From: Nanobdellota archaeon
GTDB taxonomy: Archaea > Nanobdellota > Nanobdellia > Nanobdellales > Nanobdellaceae
NCBI GenBank assembly: GCA_042850255.1
Contig: AP031373.1
Location: 690,001-722,000 of the forward strand
DNA length: 32,000 nucleotides
Direction: 5' to 3'
Part shown: piece after piece, positions 1-8,911 of the stretch
Layout of the letters: each line of letters opens with the position of its first letter
How positions within the stretch are numbered: the stretch's first letter is position 1
Position numbers and translations under genes: made by a program
Notes under the pieces: model-generated
What the model saw: only the letters and a program-made list of their open reading frames with translations
The model's database searches: none
What the model was told of the DNA's origin: nothing

Positions 1-363
1 ATATTTTCTATTAATATTATATTTTTTAATATAATAAGATGTATCTACATCTACTTTTTTATTTGATACTATATTTTTTGCTCCAAATATTATTCCATCT
101 TCTTTTAACTTATTTTTATGTAAATTAACAGTATTCTGGTCAAATGCTATAATATAATCAAAATCTGAATCATAATATGAATATAAATTATCCTTTGATA
201 TTGTTACAATATTATAACCATGTCCTCCCCTTATTAAACTCATATACCATCTATAATTAAATGCATTATATCCTAATTTTATGAATACTCTTGATATAAT
301 ATCTGCGCTAAATTCTATTCCTTGTCCAGCTTGTCCTCCTACTAAAATATTTAGGTCAACCAT
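1..363 (-). CDS. 2-oxoacid:ferredoxin oxidoreductase, gamma-type domain (N-terminal part only; the gene runs off the window start)
   Basis: The reverse-strand frame is open from the window edge up to an ATG (complement of 361-363). Hand translation gives MVDLNILVGGQAGQGIEFSADIISRVFIKLGYNAFNYRWYMSLIRGGHGYNIVTISKDNLYS.... This shows the GGxxGxG ... xIRGGH signature of the gamma subunit/domain of pyruvate/2-oxoacid:ferredoxin oxidoreductases, as at the N-terminus of Sulfolobus-type alpha subunits. It is absent from the ORF track because no stop lies inside the window. Confidence 0.6.
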   Translation of the reverse strand, partial: MVDLNILVGGQAGQGIEFSADIISRVFIKLGYNAFNYRWYMSLIRGGHGYNIVTISKDNLYSYYDSDFDYIIAFDQNTVNLHKNKLKEDGIIFGAKNIVSNKKVDVDTSYYIKKYNINRKY

Positions 364-522
364 AAAAGGTATAACTTCATTATTATTTAAATTCCTTTTA
401 TTTATCTTCTTAGTAATAACATAACTATTATTTGGTAATCTAAGAAATAAATATAGATTTCATTAAAAAACTTTATTTAATTTTTACTTCATTTTTGTTA
501 AATCCATTAATTATCGAAAAAA

Positions 523-530
523 TTTAAATA
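523..530 (+). promoter_or_regulatory. TATA-box-like element for the leaderless gene starting at 554
   Basis: TTTAAATA is preceded by a purine-rich GAAAAAA (BRE-like) and centred about 27 nt upstream of the ATG at 554, with no SD in between. Such A/T boxes are frequent in this DNA, so specificity is limited. Confidence 0.4.
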
Positions 531-553
531 TCAGATATTATTATTTTATTTAT

Positions 554-1324
554 ATGTATAAAAGATTATTATCATCTCCAGAAGTTTTGCTAGAAGAATT
601 TGGTGTAGAAAAGTTAACGGAAAGGGTTATTATTTCCCCTATAGAATGGGTTGAAGCATTACCTGATAATTGGATTGAAAGATTGAAAAATGAAGGATAT
701 AAAATTGAAGAAATATTAAAAGGAGATAGAATAATGAGAAGAATAGATAAAAATTATAAAATAAATAATACATTATTTTTAATAACTGGTAGAGGATTAA
801 CAGAATCTTTAGATAGATTTTATATATTATGTAATAATCCAGATGTAAAAGAAATAATCTTTTTAGGAATTGCTGCAAGTTTTCATGAAGATTTAACAGT
901 TGGAGATATAAATATACCTGAATATGTATTACCATGGGAATTTATCAGTACAGAATATGTAGACAATAATGAAGCATTACCAATTGCAGATAAAGAATTA
1001 TTAGATAGGGTTACTAATATTGCAAATGAAGTAACTAGTAAAGATATAAAAATAAGAAACTATAATCATGTAACAGTTGGATTGTTTTATTCTGAAACTG
1101 ATGAATTAATTGAATATTTTAGAAAATTTAATTTAGCAACAATTGATATGGAACTATCTGCATTATATAGATTAGCATATTATTATAAGAAAAAAACTGT
1201 AGGAATTTTAAGAATTTCAGAGGATTTATTAAAAAAGCAAAAAGTGTGGGAAACTAGAAAACATGAAAGAAAAGATCTAGGAAGGGAAATAATATATAAT
1301 ATAGTAAAAAAATTAATAATATGA
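554..1324 (+). CDS. PNP/UDP-type (phosphorylase superfamily 1) nucleoside phosphorylase/nucleosidase-like protein
   Basis: 256-aa ORF with an ATG start. It carries family-like blocks: LFLITGRGLTES ... VKEIIFLGIAASF..LTVGDINIP ... TVGLFYSE ... ATIDMELSALYRLA ... VGILRISEDL (compare G.G ... vGD ... T.g.FY ... DME.aA ... i.SD in DeoD/Udp/MtnN-type enzymes). Its stop overlaps the next ATG (ATGA at 1321-1324). Confidence 0.55.
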   Translation: MYKRLLSSPEVLLEEFGVEKLTERVIISPIEWVEALPDNWIERLKNEGYKIEEILKGDRIMRRIDKNYKINNTLFLITGRGLTESLDRFYILCNNPDVKEIIFLGIAASFHEDLTVGDINIPEYVLPWEFISTEYVDNNEALPIADKELLDRVTNIANEVTSKDIKIRNYNHVTVGLFYSETDELIEYFRKFNLATIDMELSALYRLAYYYKKKTVGILRISEDLLKKQKVWETRKHERKDLGREIIYNIVKKLII

Positions 1325-2334
1325 AGATAAGTTTCTTTAATCTAGAAGAATGGGCATGGAATAAAGTAAAAGAATGGACAAATAATTTAAATATTGAAGT
1401 TAAGATATATAAAAATTCTATAAATGATGTAAATGTAGAGGAATATAAAGATTCTGATATAATATCTACAGATAGCCATTCGAAATTAGATAAAAATATA
1501 TTGGAAAAATTAGATAATTTAAAATTCATAATAACAAGAACTGTTGGAATTGATCATATAGACTTAAACTATTGTAAAGAAAGAAATATAAAAGTGTATA
1601 ATATACCAGATTATGGATCTAGAACAGTTGCAGAATTTACTTTTATGTTGATTTTAATGTTATTAAAAAATTATAAAAAGATAGAAAAATCATTAAGGGA
1701 AGATTTAATTATAAATCCATATAATATTAGAGGATATGATTTACAAGGATTAACATTAGGAGTTGTTGGTACTGGTAGGATAGGAACAGAAGTTATAAAA
1801 ATTGCAAAAGGATTTGATATGAATATCATTGCATATAATAAAAGTATTAAACAGGATTTAATAGAAAAATATAATGTAAAATTTGTATCATTCGAAGATT
1901 TATTAAAAAATTCAGATATTATTACACTACATTTACCTTTAACAAATGAAACATATCATATAATAAATAAAAATAATATTAATTTAATAAAAAGAGGTGC
2001 TTATTTAATAAATGTATCTAGAGGTTCTTTAATAGAAACAGAAGCATTAATCGAAGCTTTGGAAAAGGGTATATTATCTGGAGTAGCATTAGATGTTGTG
2101 GAAGGAGAAGAATTAATAAGAGATGAATTGGATATATTAAATAAAAACATAGAATTAGAAAAAATAAAGAAAGCATTTTTAGTAGAAACATTAATGAAAT
2201 TTGATAATGTAATAATAACACCACATATTGCATATAATACATGGAATTCTGTTAATAATATTTTAAATAAAACATTAAATACAATAGAAGAAATATTAAA
2301 AGGAAATTACGATTTATATAATAAAATACTCTAA
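1321..2334 (+). CDS. D-isomer-specific 2-hydroxyacid dehydrogenase family, NAD(P)-dependent (lactate/glycerate/phosphoglycerate dehydrogenase-like)
   Basis: 337 aa. It has the Rossmann motif GVVGTGRIGTEV and the catalytic-triad context NVSRGSLIE ... ALDVVEGEE ... TPHIAYNT typical of this family. It is translationally coupled to the upstream gene. Confidence 0.85.
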   Translation: MKISFFNLEEWAWNKVKEWTNNLNIEVKIYKNSINDVNVEEYKDSDIISTDSHSKLDKNILEKLDNLKFIITRTVGIDHIDLNYCKERNIKVYNIPDYGSRTVAEFTFMLILMLLKNYKKIEKSLREDLIINPYNIRGYDLQGLTLGVVGTGRIGTEVIKIAKGFDMNIIAYNKSIKQDLIEKYNVKFVSFEDLLKNSDIITLHLPLTNETYHIINKNNINLIKRGAYLINVSRGSLIETEALIEALEKGILSGVALDVVEGEELIRDELDILNKNIELEKIKKAFLVETLMKFDNVIITPHIAYNTWNSVNNILNKTLNTIEEILKGNYDLYNKIL

Positions 2335-2427
2335 AAATATAAATAATTGTAATTTTTATTAAATTGTTATTAACTACTAGGGAATAATTACAAAATATTA
2401 TTAAATGTCGCAAGAGAGTATAAAGGT

Positions 2428-3294
2428 ATGAGTACAGAAACCTATGAAAAACCAATGAATGCAATAATTAATCTGACAAAGAAAGGAAAACCAGTACCAT
2501 TAAAAATAGATAAAGTAGAAATTTATATGAACGAAGATGAAGGAAATATATATCATGCTAAATTTTCATATGGAGGATATAGTGTAGATACTTTATATAA
2601 AACTAGATTAGATTTAGTTGATATTTTAAATTCTATAAATAAAATAAAAAATTCTAATATTTATTTAATTGTTGGAAAAGGAAATACTGTAATGACAGGA
2701 TTTTTTCCAATTGATCTATATATAATAGATGATAATCCAGTTTTGATAATATCTCCATTGGAAAGTATGCAAATGAAAGATTTTTTAGAAAACCCAAATA
2801 GATATGTTTTCAATTTAGTAAATATATCCTCAAAAGATGATCGATTGGAGACAAGAATTTTCAATAATTATATGAAAAAGGATGATATTATAGCTTTAGT
2901 AGATGATACTATAAATAAAAAAGACAATAACCACAAATTAATAGGGAAAATTAATGAACAATATCTAGGTATAGTATCAGATATAGTTAAAGACGTCATT
3001 GAAAAACATAAAAATAAGAATTTATATTACGAAAGTAGAAACAAACTTGTAAACGAGGTATTAAATGAATTATATAATTATAAGATTGGAGAATTAAGGG
3101 AATATATAACAGAATATTACAAATTTGCCAAAGATAAATTTAAATTAGAACCATATATACTAATTTTAGAAAAAGTAGATAAAGAAGAAGAATCTAATAA
3201 ACTATATTTAGAGAGAATACCTATTGCAATAGTAGGTGAAGGAGATACTATAAATAAAAAATTATATGAAGTATATAATTTATTTTTATTCTAA
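2428..3294 (+). CDS. hypothetical protein (288 aa), no recognisable motif
   Basis: Long ATG-initiated ORF with composition like the neighbouring real genes. The antisense ORFs over it are low-complexity shadows. Confidence 0.6.
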   Translation: MSTETYEKPMNAIINLTKKGKPVPLKIDKVEIYMNEDEGNIYHAKFSYGGYSVDTLYKTRLDLVDILNSINKIKNSNIYLIVGKGNTVMTGFFPIDLYIIDDNPVLIISPLESMQMKDFLENPNRYVFNLVNISSKDDRLETRIFNNYMKKDDIIALVDDTINKKDNNHKLIGKINEQYLGIVSDIVKDVIEKHKNKNLYYESRNKLVNEVLNELYNYKIGELREYITEYYKFAKDKFKLEPYILILEKVDKEEESNKLYLERIPIAIVGEGDTINKKLYEVYNLFLF

Positions 3295-3297
3295 TTT

Positions 3298-3498
3298 TTA
3301 AAAATCATCATTGCAAGTACAATTTTCTCCATCACATCCACATTCTTCTTCATAAGTTCCAATAGATTGCTTGACTATTTCTAAATTACAACTTTTATGT
3401 TCTTTACACCATTCTTCGCATTTTTCTGCTAATTCTTTACTTTCATATACGTTATGACATTCTTCACAACCCCAATATTCTCCTATTTGAACTACCAT
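3298..3498 (-). CDS. small cysteine-rich (9 Cys, 2 His) putative metal-binding protein
   Basis: 66 aa: C11xxC14H, C27xxxC31xxH34xxC37, then C53xC55 and C60xC62 in an acidic tail. It is noticeably richer in G+C than its surroundings, as expected for a conserved gene. TATA-like TTTATAAAAA lies about 23-32 nt upstream. Confidence 0.6.
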   Translation of the reverse strand: MVVQIGEYWGCEECHNVYESKELAEKCEEWCKEHKSCNLEIVKQSIGTYEEECGCDGENCTCNDDF

Positions 3499-3655
3499 AT
3501 AAAGTTTATATTATTTCTTTTTATAAACTTATTAAGACTTGCCTATAGCCCAAAGTACCATATAAAATATAATGAACTTATTTTTAAACATTAAATTAGA
3601 TTTATAAAAATATAATAACAAAAATTTTTTAGATATTCTCATTAAGATACTTATA

Positions 3656-4531
3656 ATGAGAGATCTATCTAGTGAAAATATATCAATAAGAGCATCTTAT
3701 GGAATAATATACACTTTTTTATACAATAATAGGAAAAATAATATAGCATATTCCACAAAAGTTGATAAAATAAATATTGTAAGAGATGATAAAAATTTAA
3801 AATTATTTAGTGATGATTTTCCTGAAAATAAGCAAAAATATAGATATAAAATTATAATAGAAATTAAAAATTTTAATTATTCAAAATTAGAAAAACCAAG
3901 CTCTATATCTTTTATAAATCCATTGGATAGTACTGAGATTGTTTACTTTACAGATTTTCGATTATATAATCTACTAGAATATTTATATCATGGAAAGTTA
4001 TCTTTAACATTAATAAGAGAAAATAGCAAAAATATAGAATTTAGAATAGAAATTTTACCTTATGTAAGAATGACTAAGGATCTCAAAACAATTTTAAATG
4101 ATCTAAATGTACCTATTGATAGCATACAGGAAGATGGGGTGGATATTAGTAATTTAAAGATAAATAATAATACTACATTAAAGTTCATTACTAGAGGTAT
4201 AGATGGTATTATAGATTATTATATTGCTAAAAATAAAGGAAGAGGTATTCTAGCAATTTCTAGTAATATCATTAAAGAATATGCTGGGTATAAGTTATAT
4301 GATATAGGAAGAAGATATGAAGAAGGAAAACCTTTATTGTTGTTAGCAAATGTTTTTACACCCAAATATAACAATCTTGTCGATTATTTACCTCATATCA
4401 TTAAAGAAATAGATAGAGAAGGAAATGTTTATACTATACAGCCTACAGGTGAAGAAAGAAAAATAAGAAATTATCTAGTAGAAAATATGATAACAAAAGA
4501 TCCTCTATATTTTATTAGACCAGATAATTAA
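3656..4531 (+). CDS. hypothetical protein (291 aa)
   Basis: Long ATG ORF, divergent from 3298-3498. No motif recognised. Confidence 0.6.
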   Translation: MRDLSSENISIRASYGIIYTFLYNNRKNNIAYSTKVDKINIVRDDKNLKLFSDDFPENKQKYRYKIIIEIKNFNYSKLEKPSSISFINPLDSTEIVYFTDFRLYNLLEYLYHGKLSLTLIRENSKNIEFRIEILPYVRMTKDLKTILNDLNVPIDSIQEDGVDISNLKINNNTTLKFITRGIDGIIDYYIAKNKGRGILAISSNIIKEYAGYKLYDIGRRYEEGKPLLLLANVFTPKYNNLVDYLPHIIKEIDREGNVYTIQPTGEERKIRNYLVENMITKDPLYFIRPDN

Positions 4532-5070
4532 CGTATTAAATATTTAGAGCATAATAAACAATAAAATAAATAATATATAAATTTATATTTATGTAATTAA
4601 AGGAGATTGATGTTTTATTTAGTTATTGCAATAAAAATCAATTAATAAAAAAGATAGAAATATAAAGGAAATCTATGAGTAAAATATTTTCAAATATATA
4701 CTTATATTTACCAATAATAATCATAGATATGCTTTAATATAATAGACTCCATGTAAATAAAGAATCGGATTTTCAAGATAATATTAATCATAATAGCATT
4801 CATAATAATCTATTACTTAATTATACATTTTTTATCATATATAGCAAAAATATTGCCAAAAAATTATGGAAAGCTATTAATATCTAATCAAGTTATTATT
4901 TCAGAGATATTGGAATCTATAATAGTATTTATTTCAGGATATCTAATTATAAATATTTTTAGAAATTTAATTTATTCTAAAACTTTATCTAAACTAGAGA
5001 AAAGGACAGTAAGACATTTAAAAGTATAGGTAGCAATGAAAGAAAAGCTTGGGAGGAAAATTATAAAAAA

Positions 5071-5316
5071 TTGATAGTTGGTAATGCTTTTGGAACAAAA
5101 GAAATTAATAGCTCAGTATATAGAGCTTTAAATATATTTGTAAAAATCTATGATACATCATCTAAAATAGATATAAATAATAGTGATCGTCTAAGTAAAT
5201 TGTCTTATTATATGAGAAAAGCTGGTGAAGCTTATTTATTATTACCAGAGAATATTAGAAATAAAATAGATTCCATATATTCGGAATATTATCAAAAATT
5301 TAATATAAAATACTAA
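5071..5316 (+). CDS. doubtful small ORF (81 aa, TTG start), possibly the 3' remnant of a decayed gene
   Basis: It has only a TTG start and no early in-frame ATG. Short sense-like ORF pieces in other frames (4675-5070) lie immediately upstream. Confidence 0.25.
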   Translation: MIVGNAFGTKEINSSVYRALNIFVKIYDTSSKIDINNSDRLSKLSYYMRKAGEAYLLLPENIRNKIDSIYSEYYQKFNIKY

Positions 5317-5539
5317 ATATTTTTTATTTCTTTTCTTTTGATTTGTCATCTATTTTATTTAATTTTAGTAATGCATAAATATTATTATATACTATAATAA
5401 AGATGGATAATAAAATATATAATCTAATAGGAAGTATTACAGCTGGTATTTATAATTAAAGACTTCATAGTTTAAAATATCTAAAAAGGATTTTATATAT
5501 TTTTATCTAATTTTTATAAAATTCTATAGTATATAATAT

Positions 5540-7042
5540 CTAACTATTTGTTTTATCACTAAGATTATAACACCAGACATCATCTTTTTCATTGTATAAT
5601 ACTTCTTCATCTTTTTTTAACTTACTTAGATATTTTTTTATAGTAATTTTATTAATTTTAGTTTTTTCATATATCTCTTTTACTGATAAACACTGTTCAC
5701 TTTTTAATATCGATAATATAATATCTTTTCTAGTACCAAAATCCCTTTTCCATCCAGAATATAATTCCAATAATTTTTCCTTATCTTCTTTACTTAACTC
5801 ATAATCTTTATATCTTATAATTTCATCAGGATTTTCTATAACCTCTAATATTGGTTCTATAACTTTTTCATATAATTCATATAATCTCTTTGTAGGTTTT
5901 ATAATAGAGAACTTTTCTTTAGATTTGTATCTACTTTCAACAATTCCCAATATTCTTAAATCTGCTATTATTGTTCCTGAATAGTTAGAATCATATCCCA
6001 ATTTTTCTACATCTTTTGTAGTAATTTCTTGTAGATTATTTTCCTTTATATATTCTAGTGTTTTTATTATAGCTTCTTTAGATGTATATATAACCTTTAT
6101 ATTGTCTATATTATTTAATACTTTATCTAATCTTTGATAATTAACTTTATAGATATTTCTTTCTTTTTTAGGATAAAAACTTTCATATTCTACTAATCCA
6201 AGTTTCTTTAACTTATCTAAGTGAATAGAAATACTATAGTGAGCTATTTTTAATTCTCTAGATATTTCAATAGTAGTTAATTCATAATCCTTTATTTTAT
6301 CAAATGCTTCTTCCAATTTTTCAATATTGATAGAATATATTTTTTTATTAGAAATATCATATTCTATTATTCCTAATTCTTTTAATTTTTTTAAATTATT
6401 ATAAACTAATTTTTCAGATATATTTAGTTCTTTAGATATTCCTTCAATTGATAACTCTTTTTTATCTTTGTTATTATATATGTATTTTATTATACCCATT
6501 TCAGGATACTTTTTAATTATGTAATTTATCATTTTTATAACATTTATTGGAGATCTCTTTTCTTTTGATTCCTTAGTACTTCCTAATATATCCCAAGGAT
6601 TAATTTCTAATTCTGCAAATTGTTTTAATATATATGAAGTAAATCCTTTCATTTCTTTTCCAAAATCTGTTAGAGTATATCCAATTTTATTAGGTCCTAT
6701 TTCTACCCTTGTAACTAAGTTTATTCTGGTCAATACACCAGCTCTTGGTTTGCTATCATCAACATATTCCCAATATATATGTTTAGCAACAGGTATTAAA
6801 TCTCTATAATTATCTTTATTTTTTATAAAATCACCTAAGGGTATTCCTATATATGATAAAAAATCTCTAAATAATTCTTCGCTATTAGAATATATTTTAT
6901 CATCCTTCATTGATAAATAAGTAAGTGCTCTTGGTATATGATTAACTAAAGTAGCAAGTATTTCTAATCTTTTATCTAAAGGTTCATTTTTAAAATCTTC
7001 TAATGTATAGTTGTTGAAACTATATCCACTAGGTAGTGACAT
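5540..7042 (-). CDS. multi-winged-helix (tandem wHTH) DNA-binding protein, 500 aa
   Basis: At least four repeats follow the pattern 'short name-like helix ... recognition helix ... LxKLK(E/K)LG(I/L)(I/V)EY'. They are ISKELNISEKLVYNNLKKLKELGIIEYD, ISRELKIAHYSISIHLDKLKKLGLVEYE, VEKLGYDSNYSGTIIADLRILGIVESR and IYEKTKINKITIKKYLSKLKKDEEVLYN. A TATA-like AAATTTATAAG lies about 25-35 nt upstream of the ATG. Confidence 0.75.
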   Translation of the reverse strand: MSLPSGYSFNNYTLEDFKNEPLDKRLEILATLVNHIPRALTYLSMKDDKIYSNSEELFRDFLSYIGIPLGDFIKNKDNYRDLIPVAKHIYWEYVDDSKPRAGVLTRINLVTRVEIGPNKIGYTLTDFGKEMKGFTSYILKQFAELEINPWDILGSTKESKEKRSPINVIKMINYIIKKYPEMGIIKYIYNNKDKKELSIEGISKELNISEKLVYNNLKKLKELGIIEYDISNKKIYSINIEKLEEAFDKIKDYELTTIEISRELKIAHYSISIHLDKLKKLGLVEYESFYPKKERNIYKVNYQRLDKVLNNIDNIKVIYTSKEAIIKTLEYIKENNLQEITTKDVEKLGYDSNYSGTIIADLRILGIVESRYKSKEKFSIIKPTKRLYELYEKVIEPILEVIENPDEIIRYKDYELSKEDKEKLLELYSGWKRDFGTRKDIILSILKSEQCLSVKEIYEKTKINKITIKKYLSKLKKDEEVLYNEKDDVWCYNLSDKTNS

Positions 7043-7259
7043 AATTATTATTGTATAATTAAATCTTATAAATTTTTAGTACTTGTTAGTAATAAAAATG
7101 CTAATAAAAAATTGCAATATTTTATATGACAATAACCAACTGATTTCTTGCTAAGATCTATAAAATAGTTTGAAATTTATACTTAAAAATTTTATAACTT
7201 GTATAATTATATTATAAAAAATAAAAAATTATATAAGAAATATATTTTATATCTAAAAA

Positions 7260-7796
7260 CTAATATATCCCCGTATCTTTATATAATGTCTTTACTTGCT
7301 TATCTATTTTTTCTAATATATCTCCATATCTTTCTCTAATTTTTTCGGATATGTTATATAATCCTCTTAAGCATGGATCATTCTCAATTACATATAAAGC
7401 ATTGCTATTTGGTCTATATAAATTTTTGTATACACCATTGGTTTTTAATGTCTCTAAACGATTAAATGCTTCTATTTTATCCATTGCTACCCTATAAGCT
7501 GTTTGTATCAATAATTTGTCTATTTCTTCAGAGTTTTTAATATAAGGACTTTTTACTTCTTCTCTAGAAGTTATTATATCTTCTATCATCTTTTCTAATA
7601 CGTAAGGGGCTTTCATTGCTAAAACTTGTATACCTGATGTTGGAGAACTTATATTTATTCCTTTTCTTTGGCATTCTTCAACTAAATACTTTTCTAATGT
7701 AGATTCTACTTCTCCAACTGCTAATTTTTCTCCTTTTACTGCTAGATCAATATAAAAATTTAATTCGTCTATATAGGATTTTTTTCTATCTTCCAT
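7260..7796 (-). CDS. conserved-looking hypothetical protein (178 aa)
   Basis: ATG ORF with less biased composition than the ORFan neighbours (A, G, V, R present). No family recognised. Confidence 0.6.
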   Translation of the reverse strand: MEDRKKSYIDELNFYIDLAVKGEKLAVGEVESTLEKYLVEECQRKGINISSPTSGIQVLAMKAPYVLEKMIEDIITSREEVKSPYIKNSEEIDKLLIQTAYRVAMDKIEAFNRLETLKTNGVYKNLYRPNSNALYVIENDPCLRGLYNISEKIRERYGDILEKIDKQVKTLYKDTGIY

Positions 7797-7972
7797 AATA
7801 AATTTCTTGATAAGATATATTTAAAAATTTTACTATTCTTAACATCATTTACTAGTAATTAATAACATCATGATTTTTAGAAAATTTTTTAATTATAGTA
7901 GGCATACCTAAACATATCAAATTTTTATTAAAATATAAGACTCTATATATTATAGAATTTATTATATACCTA

Positions 7973-7998
7973 TGTCGGATAACGATAGTTATCCGACA
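7973..7998. promoter_or_regulatory. perfect 11-bp inverted repeat / hairpin (TGTCGGATAAC-GATA-GTTATCCGACA)
   Basis: Read directly from the sequence. It has an 11-bp stem and a 4-nt loop, and is relatively GC-rich against very AT-rich DNA. It lies in the divergent intergenic region between the genes starting at 7796 (-) and 8079 (+). Confidence 0.6.
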
Positions 7999-8044
7999 AT
8001 ATGGAGGCGAATATAAGGGATATTTATACCATAATAAATATGAA

Positions 8045-8143
8045 AAAAATATTTAGATATTTTTAATAAAAATTAGGTATGCCCGATACATTTGAAAAAT
8101 TTATATCTTGTAGGTATATTGGGATGAGGATCTTATTTTATAT
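8045..8143 (+). repeat. copy 1 of a 99-bp duplicated promoter + 5' coding segment (partner at 13053-13151)
   Basis: Gap-free hand alignment gives 10 mismatches in 99 positions: 2 of 34 upstream of the ATG and 8 of 65 in the first 65 coding nt. Confidence 0.8.
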
Positions 8144-8909
8144 TGTCATGGGTTTTATAATAAGTATTGGAGCATATTATGATATCACAGCTCTAATAAT
8201 AAAAAGTATTACAAATAATCCTAACAACATCCAAAATAGTGTAATATCTCAACTAGGATCATTAGCAATTCATATTATTTTATCAGAAACATTTTTTCCT
8301 ATATTATATGGTATGTTCATTTTGTTTTTAGCTTTGCTTGCAATAATTTTTATTTTAAAAATATTAATAAAAATACTAGAAAATAATTTTAATAAACATT
8401 CATGTTTTAAAATATTTATAAATAGCTACCTTTATAGTTATTTAATAAGCTCTTTAGTATCTATTATTATATTGATATTCTTACCACTTGTTGCGGGCTT
8501 TCAAAATATTTCTGCATTTATAGAAGTTTATTTATCATACCTTACAATTATAGCAATAGCAGTATTTATATTTTTACCATTTCCATTAGAATTTTATTTT
8601 TTAATTTTAAATTTATCTCATAAAAGAGATTTTAATATAAACATATCAGATAAATGTTTAAAATTTATTTATATTATACCAAAAATGAGTTTTATTTTCT
8701 TATATGTTTTTTCGTTAATATATTATGGATCTTTAATTTATTATATTGGTTTATTTTTTATAAAAGGATTAATCATTAACATTGCCTATTTTAACTATTT
8801 ATTAGCAAATCTATTATTAGTTATATTTAACATAATACTTACAATACCTGCATTTGAAAAATACTTCTTTCCCGAAGAATTTGAAGAAGAAAAAATAAGA
8901 ATAGTATAA
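8079..8909 (+). CDS. polytopic membrane protein (276 aa), paralog of the broken gene at 13087-13609
   Basis: ATG preceded by AGGT. It has multiple long hydrophobic segments. The N-terminus MPDTFEKFISCRYIGMR is shared with the second copy. Confidence 0.7.
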   Translation: MPDTFEKFISCRYIGMRILFYIVMGFIISIGAYYDITALIIKSITNNPNNIQNSVISQLGSLAIHIILSETFFPILYGMFILFLALLAIIFILKILIKILENNFNKHSCFKIFINSYLYSYLISSLVSIIILIFLPLVAGFQNISAFIEVYLSYLTIIAIAVFIFLPFPLEFYFLILNLSHKRDFNINISDKCLKFIYIIPKMSFIFLYVFSLIYYGSLIYYIGLFFIKGLIINIAYFNYLLANLLLVIFNIILTIPAFEKYFFPEEFEEEKIRIV

Positions 8910-8911
8910 AC

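Noticed and set aside
639-935. 98-aa antisense ORF inside the phosphorylase-like gene. The same applies to 1254-1529, 2018-2242, 2252-2464 and 2661-2864.
   Set aside because: These are low-complexity L/I/F/Y/Q-rich translations on the strand opposite clearly coding genes. They are typical shadow ORFs of AT-rich DNA, where stop codons are rare on the antisense of K/N/I/E-rich genes.
3502-3530. 9-bp inverted repeat AAGTTTATA ... TATAAACTT upstream of the Cys-rich gene. A similar 10-bp AATAAGTTAT/ATAACTTATT pair occurs at 23733-23784.
   Set aside because: Both are pure A/T-rich TATA-like sequences in promoter regions, where chance palindromes are expected at this composition. They are not comparable to the CG-containing palindrome at 7973-7998.
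3810-3825. C/D-box-sRNA-like GTGATGA followed by CTGA.
   Set aside because: It lies inside the 3656-4531 coding frame, and the C-to-D' spacing is only 5 nt, too short for a guide. No matching C'/D pair lies downstream. Other TGATGA occurrences (for example 11817, 24128, 31295) are also intragenic.
4675-5316. Calling the decayed ORF pieces a mechanosensitive-channel (MscS) remnant.
   Set aside because: There is only a vague resemblance of hydrophobic helix plus basic loop. No diagnostic MscS motif is visible, so the family assignment was dropped.
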